Of a stretch of DNA of 64,000 bases, positions 27,621 to 37,180 are shown in pieces. Numbering within the stretch: position 1 is the first letter of the stretch; each line of letters opens with the position of its first letter. Below the pieces are notes generated by a model. It searched no databases, was not told the DNA's origin, and was given only the letters and a program-made list of their open reading frames with translations. This DNA is from Patescibacteria group bacterium (lineage in GTDB: Bacteria > Patescibacteriota > Minisyncoccia > UBA6257 > GWB1-50-10). Made by a program: the position numbers and the translations under genes. The stretch lies in contig JAMCYI010000006.1 of the NCBI GenBank assembly GCA_023474215.1, positions 1,452 through 65,451 on the forward strand, written 5' to 3'.

Positions 27621-29002
27621 ACGATAAGCGCAATAAGGCAACCGTAATACGCCGCCGTAAGCCACGAGCTGAACGGCAGTTGAACCGTGGCATGCAGTCC
27701 CCCGAAAAATTCGATGGTTGCCGTTTCGAATTTAAGGAACGGGAATGCGAGAAATGCTGCACCGAGAGCCGCTGTCCGCGACACGAATCCGAGGAGCGCT
27801 TCCGCAAATCCAAATGCCATGGTTGCAGGTATGAAGATCAAAACAAGAACGTTCGAAACAAGGGACACCGGTGAAATCGACCCGAAATGTGCCGCAATAA
27901 TCGGAAGGACCGCCGCTTGGGCGGCGAACGTCGACGACAAATTGTCTTTCCAATTCATGAAACTCTCGTTGAAGGACGGCTTCAAATACACGATGCCGAG
28001 GAAAGCCGCGAACGACAATTCAAAGCCGACGTCGAAAACGAGGAGTTTCGGATTCGCGATCAACATAAAAAATGCGGCAAGCACAATGACGTTCCGCGAA
28101 TCAAAGAAGCGGCCGCTCTCGGTTGCAAAGAGAACGAGGAATCCCATAATGGCTGCACGAACGACCGATGCTTCGGCGCCGGTCATGACAACGAAGAGGA
28201 AAATGGCGAATGAGGTAATGCCGAACGCCCATACCCGCGGCAAAAAGAGCGAAAAGGCGGCCATCGCTCCGATCACGACGAGTGATATGTTATAACCCGA
28301 GAGCGCCACGAGGTGCGTCGTGCCGCTCGACTGCATGGCGGCAGCGAAATCTTCCGAAAAACCTCCACGGTAGCCGAGGAGGAGGCCGGACATAAACGCA
28401 CCTTCTTTTTCCGGCAGCGTTCTTTTAAAAGTATCGACCACCTCCTCTCTTACCCCAAACAAGAAATGCCGCAATCCGCCGCCGGCAGATACCGAAACGA
28501 TCTCCGGAAAATTCGACGTCCCAATAATTTTTTCTTTCGCGAGATAATCGGCGTACCCGCCCGACGGCGGACGCTCCACCGTCCCTTTCAGCGTCAAAAC
28601 GTCGCCGACGGAGACCGATACATATCTCCGGAGCGTTATGAGTATTTTTCCGCCGCAGTCGAGATCGATCACGGCTTTCGTTGATGAATAATCCGATGTT
28701 TCCACGTCGACAACCTTTCCTCCAAAGGTGCTACCCGCGCCGCATGCAACGGCCGCTGTCGTTCTCAGATTCATGTCGAACGCTTCCGCATAAAACGCCC
28801 CGCCGAAGACAACGGGAGAAAGAAAAAGAAAAACCAGGTATTTCTTTTCTCGTCTCCAAAAGAAAAGTGCAGCGGATGTGATGGCTGAAAAAATGATGAC
28901 GGCCAAAATAACCCAGCCGGCATGGATACTTGCAAGGAAAATGCCGAAAATAAAAAACGCGATCCCGAAGAAAAGGACGTTGTATGCCGGCATTTCCCTC
29001 AT
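27587..29002 (-). CDS. comEC: ComEC/Rec2 competence channel
   Basis: GTTHLVALSGYN, SVVRAAIM, DVGFELSF; multi-TM. Confidence 0.9.
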   Translation of the reverse strand: MREMPAYNVLFFGIAFFIFGIFLASIHAGWVILAVIIFSAITSAALFFWRREKKYLVFLFLSPVVFGGAFYAEAFDMNLRTTAAVACGAGSTFGGKVVDVETSDYSSTKAVIDLDCGGKILITLRRYVSVSVGDVLTLKGTVERPPSGGYADYLAKEKIIGTSNFPEIVSVSAGGGLRHFLFGVREEVVDTFKRTLPEKEGAFMSGLLLGYRGGFSEDFAAAMQSSGTTHLVALSGYNISLVVIGAMAAFSLFLPRVWAFGITSFAIFLFVVMTGAEASVVRAAIMGFLVLFATESGRFFDSRNVIVLAAFFMLIANPKLLVFDVGFELSFAAFLGIVYLKPSFNESFMNWKDNLSSTFAAQAAVLPIIAAHFGSISPVSLVSNVLVLIFIPATMAFGFAEALLGFVSRTAALGAAFLAFPFLKFETATIEFFGGLHATVQLPFSSWLTAAYYGCLIALIVWRKKRVAQRN

Positions 29003-29052
29003 TATAGAGTTAAAAAGCCCTTTTCCTTTCCGTACTTATCCCCCAAAATCTT

Positions 29053-29125
29053 GCCCCCCGTTCTCCTCGAATTTTTGAAGGAGAGCGGGGGGCCTTCAAT
29101 TTTTGAAGGAGAGCGGGGGGCGGAA
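29053..29125. repeat. Dispersed repeat family A
   Basis: Near-identical to 9403-9475. Confidence 0.9.
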
Positions 29126-29141
29126 GTCGGGGACAGAAAAC

Positions 29142-30362
29142 TCAGGCGATCACGCCGCCGCCGAGGAGTTCACCCTTTTTCGAATAGAAGACGGCCGATT
29201 GGCCCGGCGCGACAAACTTTTGTGGATCATTGAACAAAAGTTTGTAGTATCCGGTATCTGGTATTTTGTATACAGTAGCTGACGACAAAGGCTGTCGGTA
29301 ACGGACACGGGCAAAAACCGGTAGTTGATATTTTGTATTGAGTATTTGGCGAACCTCCGGCGACATGAAATTCACCTGGCGGAGATTCATCTCTTTTTTG
29401 AAAAGTGCCGGATTGTCGTCCCCTTCCGCGACGATGAGCGTGTTCGTTTTCAAATCCTTTCCCGCAACGTAGTACGGTTTATGATCGGGATTTTTTACCT
29501 TCAAATCGACGCCAAGGTGCCGCTGGCCGATGGTATAAAAATAAATCCCTTCGTGCTGACCCACGACATCACCTTCAGTCGTTATGATATCGCCCGGCTT
29601 TTCCGGTAAATACTGTTTTAAAAAATCCTCCAAGTCCACCTGACCCAAGAAACAAATTCCCTGCGAGTCTTTTTTCTCCGCCGTCGGGAGCCCCGCCTTC
29701 CGCGCAATTTCACGCACCTCGGGTTTTGTATGCCCGCCGATCGGAAACAAACAATATTTGAGCTGCTCCGGCGTCAGTGTCCACAAAAAATATGACTGAT
29801 CCTTGTTTTTATCCTTCGCTTCCATCAGAGAATAATTTACGAGCTTCCCCCCGCGTTCCGAGCGGAACGTCTCGGAGGCGCGGGCGGCTTGGTCTCCGGA
29901 GGAGCGAACGCGCCGAGAGTCGAGGCTGCTTTTTTCCGCCGGAGAAAAAAGACGGCCGGTTCCTCGAGAAATGCGGCGGGAAGCGAGTCGTACGTAGTGT
30001 CCGGTTGCGATGTAATCCGCCCCCGCCGCGAGCGCTTTCTCGAGGAACAAGCCGAATTTGATGTCCTTGTTGCACATGACGTCAGGGTTCGGCGTAATGC
30101 CGTCGCGATAGGCGGAAATCATGTAATCCACGACGTTTTCTTTGTATTCCCGCTCCATGTCGAACACATAGAACGGGATACCGAGATGTTCGGCAGCCCG
30201 CCGGGCGTCTTCCGCATCGCGTTCCGCGCAACCATCCACGTTGTACCCGCGGATATAGACACCTGTCACTTCGCAGCCTTGCCTTTTCAGCAAATACGCG
30301 GCAACCGACGAATCCACTCCGCCGGACATTCCAACAAATACTTTATTCTTTGACTTGGCCAT
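29142..30362 (-). CDS. mnmA: tRNA 2-thiouridylase MnmA
   Basis: SGGVDSS, TPNPDVMCN, ATGHY, KDQSYFL, DSQGICF, RYRQ, PGQSAVFY. Confidence 0.95.
   Translation of the reverse strand: MAKSKNKVFVGMSGGVDSSVAAYLLKRQGCEVTGVYIRGYNVDGCAERDAEDARRAAEHLGIPFYVFDMEREYKENVVDYMISAYRDGITPNPDVMCNKDIKFGLFLEKALAAGADYIATGHYVRLASRRISRGTGRLFSPAEKSSLDSRRVRSSGDQAARASETFRSERGGKLVNYSLMEAKDKNKDQSYFLWTLTPEQLKYCLFPIGGHTKPEVREIARKAGLPTAEKKDSQGICFLGQVDLEDFLKQYLPEKPGDIITTEGDVVGQHEGIYFYTIGQRHLGVDLKVKNPDHKPYYVAGKDLKTNTLIVAEGDDNPALFKKEMNLRQVNFMSPEVRQILNTKYQLPVFARVRYRQPLSSATVYKIPDTGYYKLLFNDPQKFVAPGQSAVFYSKKGELLGGGVIA
29843..29984. mobile_element. In-frame inverted-repeat-bounded insertion (MITE/RPE-like) in mnmA
   Basis: Ends gcttccccccgcgtt / aatgcggcgggaagc (13/15 complementary); internal hairpins; adds about 47 atypical aa between GHYVR and KDQSYFL. 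Confidence 0.6.
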
Positions 30363-30389
30363 GAAATTGGTCTAAAATGTGTTTCTGTT

Positions 30390-30956
30390 ATGGCACGGTT
30401 ATCCTACAACGAACTCAAAGTCGGCACAATCTTCGTGAAAGATGGGGCTCCGTACAAGGTCCTCGATTCGGCATTCGTCCGCATGCAACAGCGGAAACCC
30501 GTCATGCAACTCAAGATCGAAAACCTCGTGAGCGGCAAGGTGCAGGAATATGCAGCTCACCAAAACGAGGAATTCGAAGAAGCGGAGATCGAAGTGATGC
30601 CGGTCGTTTTTATTTATCAAAACCGTGGCGAATACTGGTTCAATGAAAAGGGTAATCCGAAAAACCGATTTCAACTGAAGGACGACATTTTGGGACGGGC
30701 GGCCCAATTCTTGAAAGCAAATACGGAACTCACCGCTTATAAATTCGACGGAAAGATCATCAACATCGAACTGCCGATCAAAATGGATCTCAAAGTGACC
30801 GAAGCGCCACCCGCCATCAAGGGCAATACCGCGCAAGGCGGCACCAAAACGGTAACCCTTGAAACCGGCGCAAAAGTGAACGTTCCCCTCTTCGTGGAGG
30901 AAGACGACACCGTGAAGGTCAACACGCAAACCGGCGAGTATATCGAACGGCTTTAA
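30390..30956 (+). CDS. efp: Elongation factor P
   Basis: PPAIKGNTA, LETGAKVNVPLFV, VNTQTGEYIER. Confidence 0.92.
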   Translation: MARLSYNELKVGTIFVKDGAPYKVLDSAFVRMQQRKPVMQLKIENLVSGKVQEYAAHQNEEFEEAEIEVMPVVFIYQNRGEYWFNEKGNPKNRFQLKDDILGRAAQFLKANTELTAYKFDGKIINIELPIKMDLKVTEAPPAIKGNTAQGGTKTVTLETGAKVNVPLFVEEDDTVKVNTQTGEYIERL

Positions 30957-32689
30957 GAACCGAGGTTCTTTAAGGACTCTTTAAGCGACTCGCGGAGCGA
31001 TTCGATGTCGTGATTCCCCTCTTTGGGTCCTTTTGCCGATTTTGTCTCTTCTTTTAAATCCGCAAGTGAAATGGTTCCGGTATCCGGAGGTGTTTCCGGT
31101 GCCTCATCCCCGCCCACAATGGTTTGTTTTCTGGTATTCACGGGTTTTTGCACCGGCGATTGTCGCCTAAAATTATTCAAAAAAGGACGCCTTCGCTCGT
31201 AGTGACCATTATGACTCGCGTGACTCGGCGCAGAAGTCCGTCCGGCAGGATGCATTCCCGACGCTCCTCCTCCCTGATTTTCCTGAAATTCTATGCCGAG
31301 CTTCGCGAGGTCGGAAAATCTCGAGGCGGTCTCCTTTTCTTCGTGCCGATGCTCGAACCTCCGTTCCGTCATCCCTTCCTCCTTGGGAGCCATAACACCA
31401 CTCCATCGGTTTATTTCTTCCTCCACGGCCCACCGCGGACGGGCGTAGATTCTCCGCGACGTTTCGATGATTTTCTCCGCGATTGCCGGGGATGATTCCA
31501 AATTGAACGGCGGCAAGGTTGTCGCCGAGAAAGGACGTGACGTGACGCCATCCACCAAAAGTTTCAAATAGACATGGTAGTTGGGTAGGTTGACGAGATC
31601 TTGCGCCATGAACTCGGGCTCGAATTCTTTTTCCAAAAATTCCGCATCGGCCGCTCCAACCCGAAACGAGACCATGGTGCCGACGTTGCCGAACACGGCA
31701 TCGCGCACCTTCGTCGAAACGTCCGTCACAAGCTGCCCGACGTACTGGTGAGCAAGAATCAAGTCGAGGCGATATTTTCGCGCCTCGGACAAGATGTTCG
31801 CAAACGAGTCGGTGGCAAAATTTTGGAACTCGTCGACATAAAGATAGAAGTCGACGCGTTCGTCTTCCGGGATCCTCACCCGCTCCATGGCCGCAAGCTG
31901 CATCTTCGTGATGAGCATGGATCCCAAGAGTGCCGAGTTGTCTTCCCCAATCCTCCCTTTCGATACGTTCACGAGGAAAATCTTCCCCGTGTTCATAATG
32001 TCGAAGATATCGACGGTACTCTTCGATTGGCCAACGATGTTCCGTACGAGCGCAGTCGAAAGGAATTGGCCGACCTTGTTTTGAATCGGCGCGATGGCTT
32101 CATTCCGGAACTGGTCGCGCCATTCTTCGAACTCGTTCACCCAAAACGCCTTGACGACCGGATCTTTGATGTTGTCCACGATCTTTTGCCGATATTCCTT
32201 GTCGACTAAAATACGCGTGATGCCGAGCAAGGTCGTCCCGGGCGTATCGAGGAGCGCGAGGATGGCGTTGTTCAAAATGTATTCCATTCTCGCCGACCAA
32301 ACGTTCGACCAAATCTTCGTGAAAATGCCCATGAGGCCTGACGCGACCAAGTGCTTGTATTTCGGATCGGGCAGTTCCAAAACATTGAAGCCGATGTGAA
32401 AATCGGTATCGGCCGGATTGAAGTAAATGACGTCCTGCAACCGTTCCTCGGGAATTTTCTCGAGAAGTCCTTCGACGAGTTCGCCGTGAGGGTCGACGAC
32501 GCACAATCCTTCACCGTTCGCGATGTCCTGCACAATCAAGTTATTGAGCATCGCCGTCTTTCCGGTGCCCGTTTTTCCGATGACGTACATGTGCTGACGC
32601 CGGTCGCGGCGCTTGATGCCGAAAAGCTTGTTCGAGTTCCGGAAATCAACTCTCCCGAAGTATGCTACGTCTTTGTCGTTCTCGGCCAT
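30953..32689 (-). CDS. VirD4/TraD/TrwB-like coupling-protein ATPase
   Basis: Walker A GKTGTGKT, DPHGEL, Walker B YLYVDEFQN, SEARKY, GNVGT; disordered C-tail. Confidence 0.85.
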   Translation of the reverse strand: MAENDKDVAYFGRVDFRNSNKLFGIKRRDRRQHMYVIGKTGTGKTAMLNNLIVQDIANGEGLCVVDPHGELVEGLLEKIPEERLQDVIYFNPADTDFHIGFNVLELPDPKYKHLVASGLMGIFTKIWSNVWSARMEYILNNAILALLDTPGTTLLGITRILVDKEYRQKIVDNIKDPVVKAFWVNEFEEWRDQFRNEAIAPIQNKVGQFLSTALVRNIVGQSKSTVDIFDIMNTGKIFLVNVSKGRIGEDNSALLGSMLITKMQLAAMERVRIPEDERVDFYLYVDEFQNFATDSFANILSEARKYRLDLILAHQYVGQLVTDVSTKVRDAVFGNVGTMVSFRVGAADAEFLEKEFEPEFMAQDLVNLPNYHVYLKLLVDGVTSRPFSATTLPPFNLESSPAIAEKIIETSRRIYARPRWAVEEEINRWSGVMAPKEEGMTERRFEHRHEEKETASRFSDLAKLGIEFQENQGGGASGMHPAGRTSAPSHASHNGHYERRRPFLNNFRRQSPVQKPVNTRKQTIVGGDEAPETPPDTGTISLADLKEETKSAKGPKEGNHDIESLRESLKESLKNLGS

Positions 32690-32701
32690 GATGATTACAT
32701 T

Positions 32702-33958
32702 TTACAGCAAATTTTTGTACCGTTCCACCAGTTCTTCCGTCACGCCGTTTCGGAGACAAATGTCGCGGTAGAGGTGCGCCGACGGTCGCATCTTACGCTC
32801 GAGCGTTCGGTAATCAATTTCGATAAGGCCGAATCGCGGCCAAAAACCTTCCCCCCACTCGAAATTATCCAAAAGAGACCAGTGAAGGTACCCTCTCACA
32901 TCCACCCCGTTTTCGATCGCCCGATGAACCTGTTTCAAAGTTTCCACGATGAACCACGGCCGTTTTATGTCGCCCGCGTCCGCCAAGCCGTTTTCGGTGA
33001 TATAAATCGGTTTGCCGAAACGCCGCAGATCCATGAGGACGTGGTACATCGATTCAGGATGAAGTCGCCACCCCATATCCGAAAAAATTTCTTTTTCTTT
33101 CTTGCTCCACCAATGATCCATTTTTTTATGAAAATAGTGATTGAGACCGATAAAATCCTGGTAATCGCTAATCCTCCCCAAAAAATAGAAATTCCACCAC
33201 CAATCGGCAGCCGCCTTAAAAATGTGTCCCGTTAAACTCCTCCGGGAAGCATCAAAGTGCATATTATGCGAAGCTATGCCGATTTGCGCCGCCGGATGCT
33301 TTTTCTTGATGATCTTATATGCTGCGATATGCGCTTTTATGAGATTATGAAAGACTTTTAAATAAGAAAAAGGATTAATTTTTTGCGGTGGCCACTCACC
33401 GAGTAAAAACGATTCGGCGGTATAAACCTGCGGCTCATTTAACGTTATCCAAAATTTCACATCACCCCCCAACACCCCAATAACGCGCTCTGCGTATCGT
33501 GCAAAGTACTTTGGCGCATCTTTCGAATTCCATCCTCCCTTGTCACGGAGCCAGAGCGGGATCGGCCAGTGCCAGATCGTGACGAACGGTTCGAGACCGT
33601 TCCGGCGAGCAGAACGAATGACGTCGTGGTAATGTTCCAGTTCTTTCTCATTGAATTTTCCTTCTTCGGGCTCGATACGGGACCATTCAAGTGAAAACCG
33701 CGTGGCGTTGTGGCCCATTTCTTTCGCCATCTTGAAATCACCGTCAAACCTCGTGTAATGGCCCGTTCCCATGCCGGAGATGAAATTGTCCTCACCGTAT
33801 TGTTCTATCAGCTTCAGTTTCTTCAAATGCTTGAGTCGCTTCTCCGATTTTTCCCACTCACTCCAATCGTTCGTCGTGCCGCCTTCAACCTGATGCGCAG
33901 CGGTCGATGCGCCCCAGAAAAATCTCCTCGGAAAAATGAATTCCTTTCGATTGTTCAT
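32702..33958 (-). CDS. Glycoside hydrolase family 1
   Basis: STAAHQVEG, RFSLEWSRI, TLNEP, ITENG, WSLLDNFEW. Confidence 0.93.
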   Translation of the reverse strand: MNNRKEFIFPRRFFWGASTAAHQVEGGTTNDWSEWEKSEKRLKHLKKLKLIEQYGEDNFISGMGTGHYTRFDGDFKMAKEMGHNATRFSLEWSRIEPEEGKFNEKELEHYHDVIRSARRNGLEPFVTIWHWPIPLWLRDKGGWNSKDAPKYFARYAERVIGVLGGDVKFWITLNEPQVYTAESFLLGEWPPQKINPFSYLKVFHNLIKAHIAAYKIIKKKHPAAQIGIASHNMHFDASRRSLTGHIFKAAADWWWNFYFLGRISDYQDFIGLNHYFHKKMDHWWSKKEKEIFSDMGWRLHPESMYHVLMDLRRFGKPIYITENGLADAGDIKRPWFIVETLKQVHRAIENGVDVRGYLHWSLLDNFEWGEGFWPRFGLIEIDYRTLERKMRPSAHLYRDICLRNGVTEELVERYKNLL

Positions 33959-34956
33959 TGACTTAACAACTCCTTCCCCACATTCCAGAAACTCGGGTCG
34001 CCGTGGATCTTCCTCCAATACCACCATTCGGACCCCCACAAATAGATGGGCGAGAGGCCGGTCTGTTCGGCAAACTGGAAATTATCGCGGAGCGTCGTCG
34101 TCGAGAAATCCGACGTTTGCGCATTCATGCTCTCATAGGCCAAAGGTGCGCCGTTCAAGGACCATGGTTCGGCTTGCAGTTCCGAAATGAAGACGTTCGA
34201 AACGCCCGTCAATTCCTTCACCAAAGCTGCCTTCAGAGCGTAAAAAGCCGGCGGAATGAAGAAGTAGTGGAACGCGCCGATCGTCGGCGCTGAAACGACG
34301 CGGTACAGCGTCGTCCCGAAGACGTTCACGTGCGATGCCGGGGCGAACCACCACCCCAATTCCCCGCTGTCGGTCGTTAAAACCGGCCGCGTCGGATCGA
34401 GCTTATGAACGAGTGCAATTTCCTCGTTAAAAAGATTTTGACTGAACGGCGGACAGTTGCCGAACACTCCAAGATACGGTTCGTTCTCGATCTGCCATGC
34501 TTTGATCGCCGAATACGACTTGTAATGTTCAATCACGTGCGTGAGGTACGAAAGAAGCGCTTGATCATAGCCGTTCGAACCGGGTGCCGGGGCCCAATTC
34601 GGAATGTGGCACTCTGGCCATCGCGGCACGCGCTCCCCAACCGCAAGGATAACGTTTTTCCCTTTCGCTTCCGCAAGATTCATTTCCCAATCCAAATCGG
34701 AAAAGTCATACGAGCCCTCGCGCGGTTCGAGGTACTGCCAATATGCCATAAGAAGAAGGTTTTGCGGATTCAAATCATTCACGATCGATTCATAGGCGGC
34801 TTTCCAATCGAGCCCCAGCCCTTCTTTTGCGTAGAGCTCACTGAACGAAAGGCCCGTTTCGGGATGACCGTTCCCAAAGCTCAAGAGAAAACTCCCGAGA
34901 TACAGGGAAAAAAGAACGGCAACGATCGCCCCGGCGACTCTCAAAAACTTCTTCAT
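33955..34956 (-). CDS. Membrane-anchored clan GH-A-like glycoside hydrolase
   Basis: N-terminal TM; YDFSDLDW, PRWPECH, WQIENEP, ISELQAEPW. Confidence 0.75.
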   Translation of the reverse strand: MKKFLRVAGAIVAVLFSLYLGSFLLSFGNGHPETGLSFSELYAKEGLGLDWKAAYESIVNDLNPQNLLLMAYWQYLEPREGSYDFSDLDWEMNLAEAKGKNVILAVGERVPRWPECHIPNWAPAPGSNGYDQALLSYLTHVIEHYKSYSAIKAWQIENEPYLGVFGNCPPFSQNLFNEEIALVHKLDPTRPVLTTDSGELGWWFAPASHVNVFGTTLYRVVSAPTIGAFHYFFIPPAFYALKAALVKELTGVSNVFISELQAEPWSLNGAPLAYESMNAQTSDFSTTTLRDNFQFAEQTGLSPIYLWGSEWWYWRKIHGDPSFWNVGKELLSQ

Positions 34957-34957
34957 A

Positions 34958-35860
34958 CTACACAAAAAGCACGGCAACGCCAGCCGTTATCAGGACGATC
35001 GAAATGACCTTTTGACGCACGATTCCCGGCCTTAAGGGCTCCTTGAGAAGTTTTGGATATTTTTTCGAAAGGAAAACAATGAATCCGAAAAGGAACGCAT
35101 ACTGGATCCCCGAGAGCGCGTTCACCAGGGACACCGGCCCCAGGGAAAACGCATAGTTCACCAAAATGAACGAAAGAAGCGCTGCGATTTGGCCGACAAT
35201 GAAAATGGAGTCGGTCTTCACGTTCGATTTTTTGAACGATTTGAAAATATTCCGTCGCGGGACTTTCGGGAAAAGTAAGAATGCCGCACCGAGGACGGCA
35301 CCGAACCCCCGCCACATGAAACCGTTGATAAAGGTGTCGTTATTGAAAACGAATTTCATCAAAACCTGCGACGCGCCGAAGAGGACCGCCGCAAGGATCG
35401 AACCCAAAAAGAGCCTTGCGCCCATGTGCGCCAAGCGTTCTTTCAAGGACTCTTCGTGGGACACGATGAATCCGCCGATGACGATGAGAGCGAAGCCGAT
35501 CAATTGATCCGTGTTCAGAAATTCGCCGAGCGCGAAGAAAGCCATCAAAAAGACGAAGATCGGCGTCATGCCCCCCGTCAAAGGAACCACTTGAGACGCT
35601 TCTTCGCGCGCAAGCAGCTTATAGAGAATGAGGAGCGCATAGACATATGTCACGCCCGATGCGAGAGCTGCGAGGACAACGGCGACCGACGGCGCGAAAA
35701 AACTGAACGGTAAAAGAACGACGGTTAAGGCGCCGAGGACGTTCACAAAAAATGTGTAAACCCACGGATCAGGGATGAGATCTTTCAGCATCACCTTCGA
35801 AACCACGAACGATATGGCATTCAAAAAATACGCGACGAGACCGATGTAAAGCCAGTTCAT
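34958..35860 (-). CDS. EamA/DMT family transporter
   Basis: About 10 TM, two repeats, LGEFL and GPVSLV motifs. Confidence 0.85.
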   Translation of the reverse strand: MNWLYIGLVAYFLNAISFVVSKVMLKDLIPDPWVYTFFVNVLGALTVVLLPFSFFAPSVAVVLAALASGVTYVYALLILYKLLAREEASQVVPLTGGMTPIFVFLMAFFALGEFLNTDQLIGFALIVIGGFIVSHEESLKERLAHMGARLFLGSILAAVLFGASQVLMKFVFNNDTFINGFMWRGFGAVLGAAFLLFPKVPRRNIFKSFKKSNVKTDSIFIVGQIAALLSFILVNYAFSLGPVSLVNALSGIQYAFLFGFIVFLSKKYPKLLKEPLRPGIVRQKVISIVLITAGVAVLFV

Positions 35861-37164
35861 CCTTTTTTCTTTTCGATCAACTTTTCGATGTTATACGCTC
35901 CCATTTTTTCCGCTTCCAAAAATCCATGCATGGCAGCTTCCGCGAACCATCCGTCCTTCAAGTAATCAAAGAGCCACTCGTGGGTATATTCCGGATCGTA
36001 TTGGTCCATGCCGGCGCCGACTTTAAAAAGCCATTCCCGATTGAAATCTTCCTGCGAACCGATGGGCGGCGCAATGATGATCGGCAATCCCAAGCCGCAA
36101 TAAAACGAAAGTTCCGACGGCTTCGTCCAAAGAATATCCGTTACGCGGAGCATTTTATTGAATTTCTCGAAGTAATCGGGAATGCCGATGGCCCACAGGA
36201 TCTCAGCCCCGTCGTCGAACGGCTCCCTGAATCCGAGTTTTTTGAGCTCGTCCGCAAAATAATTCATCGCCGTTCGGTGAGTGCCGGCAGAAAGGACGAC
36301 CTTCACTTTCTTTGCCCTGATATCATCCTGCAAACTTTTTACGATCGCGATACCGATCTCTTTTTGTGCCCCCGCTCCACCGATCGAAAACATGAGTGTG
36401 AGCGGGCGTCCAGCTTCCTTCGGCAGTGCACCGAAGTTTTCCTTGATAACGGGGCCGTATTCACTTGCATACCGCCCCCTCGGGTCGAGATTCACGAGCC
36501 GCGGGCCCATATCTTTCCGCAACGTTTTCATTCCCGGTCCGCCGATGTTTTCTTTTGGAAGCGGATACCCGGTCAAATGGATGTTTTCTTCTTTGATACC
36601 GTAGAGTTTCAACCGCTCAAAGACCCGATCGGTCGAAGCACAGTAATGGATCCTTGTCTTTTCAGGATTCAAAGGAGCCCAACTCCGAGCGACGTCAGCA
36701 TCGGCTGTCACACAGTAAATGTCGCCGGGATAATGCCATTCTTCGGCCATGAACGCCGTCGTAAAGAATGTGGTGATGAGTGGGATCTTCCCCTTGGATA
36801 ACCGCTCAACGATGTCTCTCCCCCATCCGCGCCGAATGAGGCGGTATTCTTGCCGCAAAGTCCCGGTCGGGCGCGAAAGATCGCGTTTCGGGTAAAAGTT
36901 CAAAATGCGCTGAAAGCGATCGTATAAATAGAAAACGGCAGATCCTACGAGCGGCACCCGCTTGAAGCGGGAAATAAATTCATAAAAATGCGACGTACTG
37001 GACCAAATCTCCCGGTCGTCCGTCGGGATCCCTTCATAATCGTTTGCATTGATCACTTTCCCGTCGGGAGAGAGATCCTTCAACGGGAAGGCCGTCCGCT
37101 GATGGCCGTATCCCATGGAAACCGCGATGACCCATGCCTTCCCCTTCGGAGCATCTTTCGCCAT
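35857..37164 (-). CDS. GT-B glycosyltransferase (MGDG synthase/GT28-like)
   Basis: MGYGHQR, GYP, GGAG, TKPSEL..GLP, PIGSQEDFN. Confidence 0.75.
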   Translation of the reverse strand: MAKDAPKGKAWVIAVSMGYGHQRTAFPLKDLSPDGKVINANDYEGIPTDDREIWSSTSHFYEFISRFKRVPLVGSAVFYLYDRFQRILNFYPKRDLSRPTGTLRQEYRLIRRGWGRDIVERLSKGKIPLITTFFTTAFMAEEWHYPGDIYCVTADADVARSWAPLNPEKTRIHYCASTDRVFERLKLYGIKEENIHLTGYPLPKENIGGPGMKTLRKDMGPRLVNLDPRGRYASEYGPVIKENFGALPKEAGRPLTLMFSIGGAGAQKEIGIAIVKSLQDDIRAKKVKVVLSAGTHRTAMNYFADELKKLGFREPFDDGAEILWAIGIPDYFEKFNKMLRVTDILWTKPSELSFYCGLGLPIIIAPPIGSQEDFNREWLFKVGAGMDQYDPEYTHEWLFDYLKDGWFAEAAMHGFLEAEKMGAYNIEKLIEKKKG

Positions 37165-37180
37165 ATGAAGTTATTATAAA

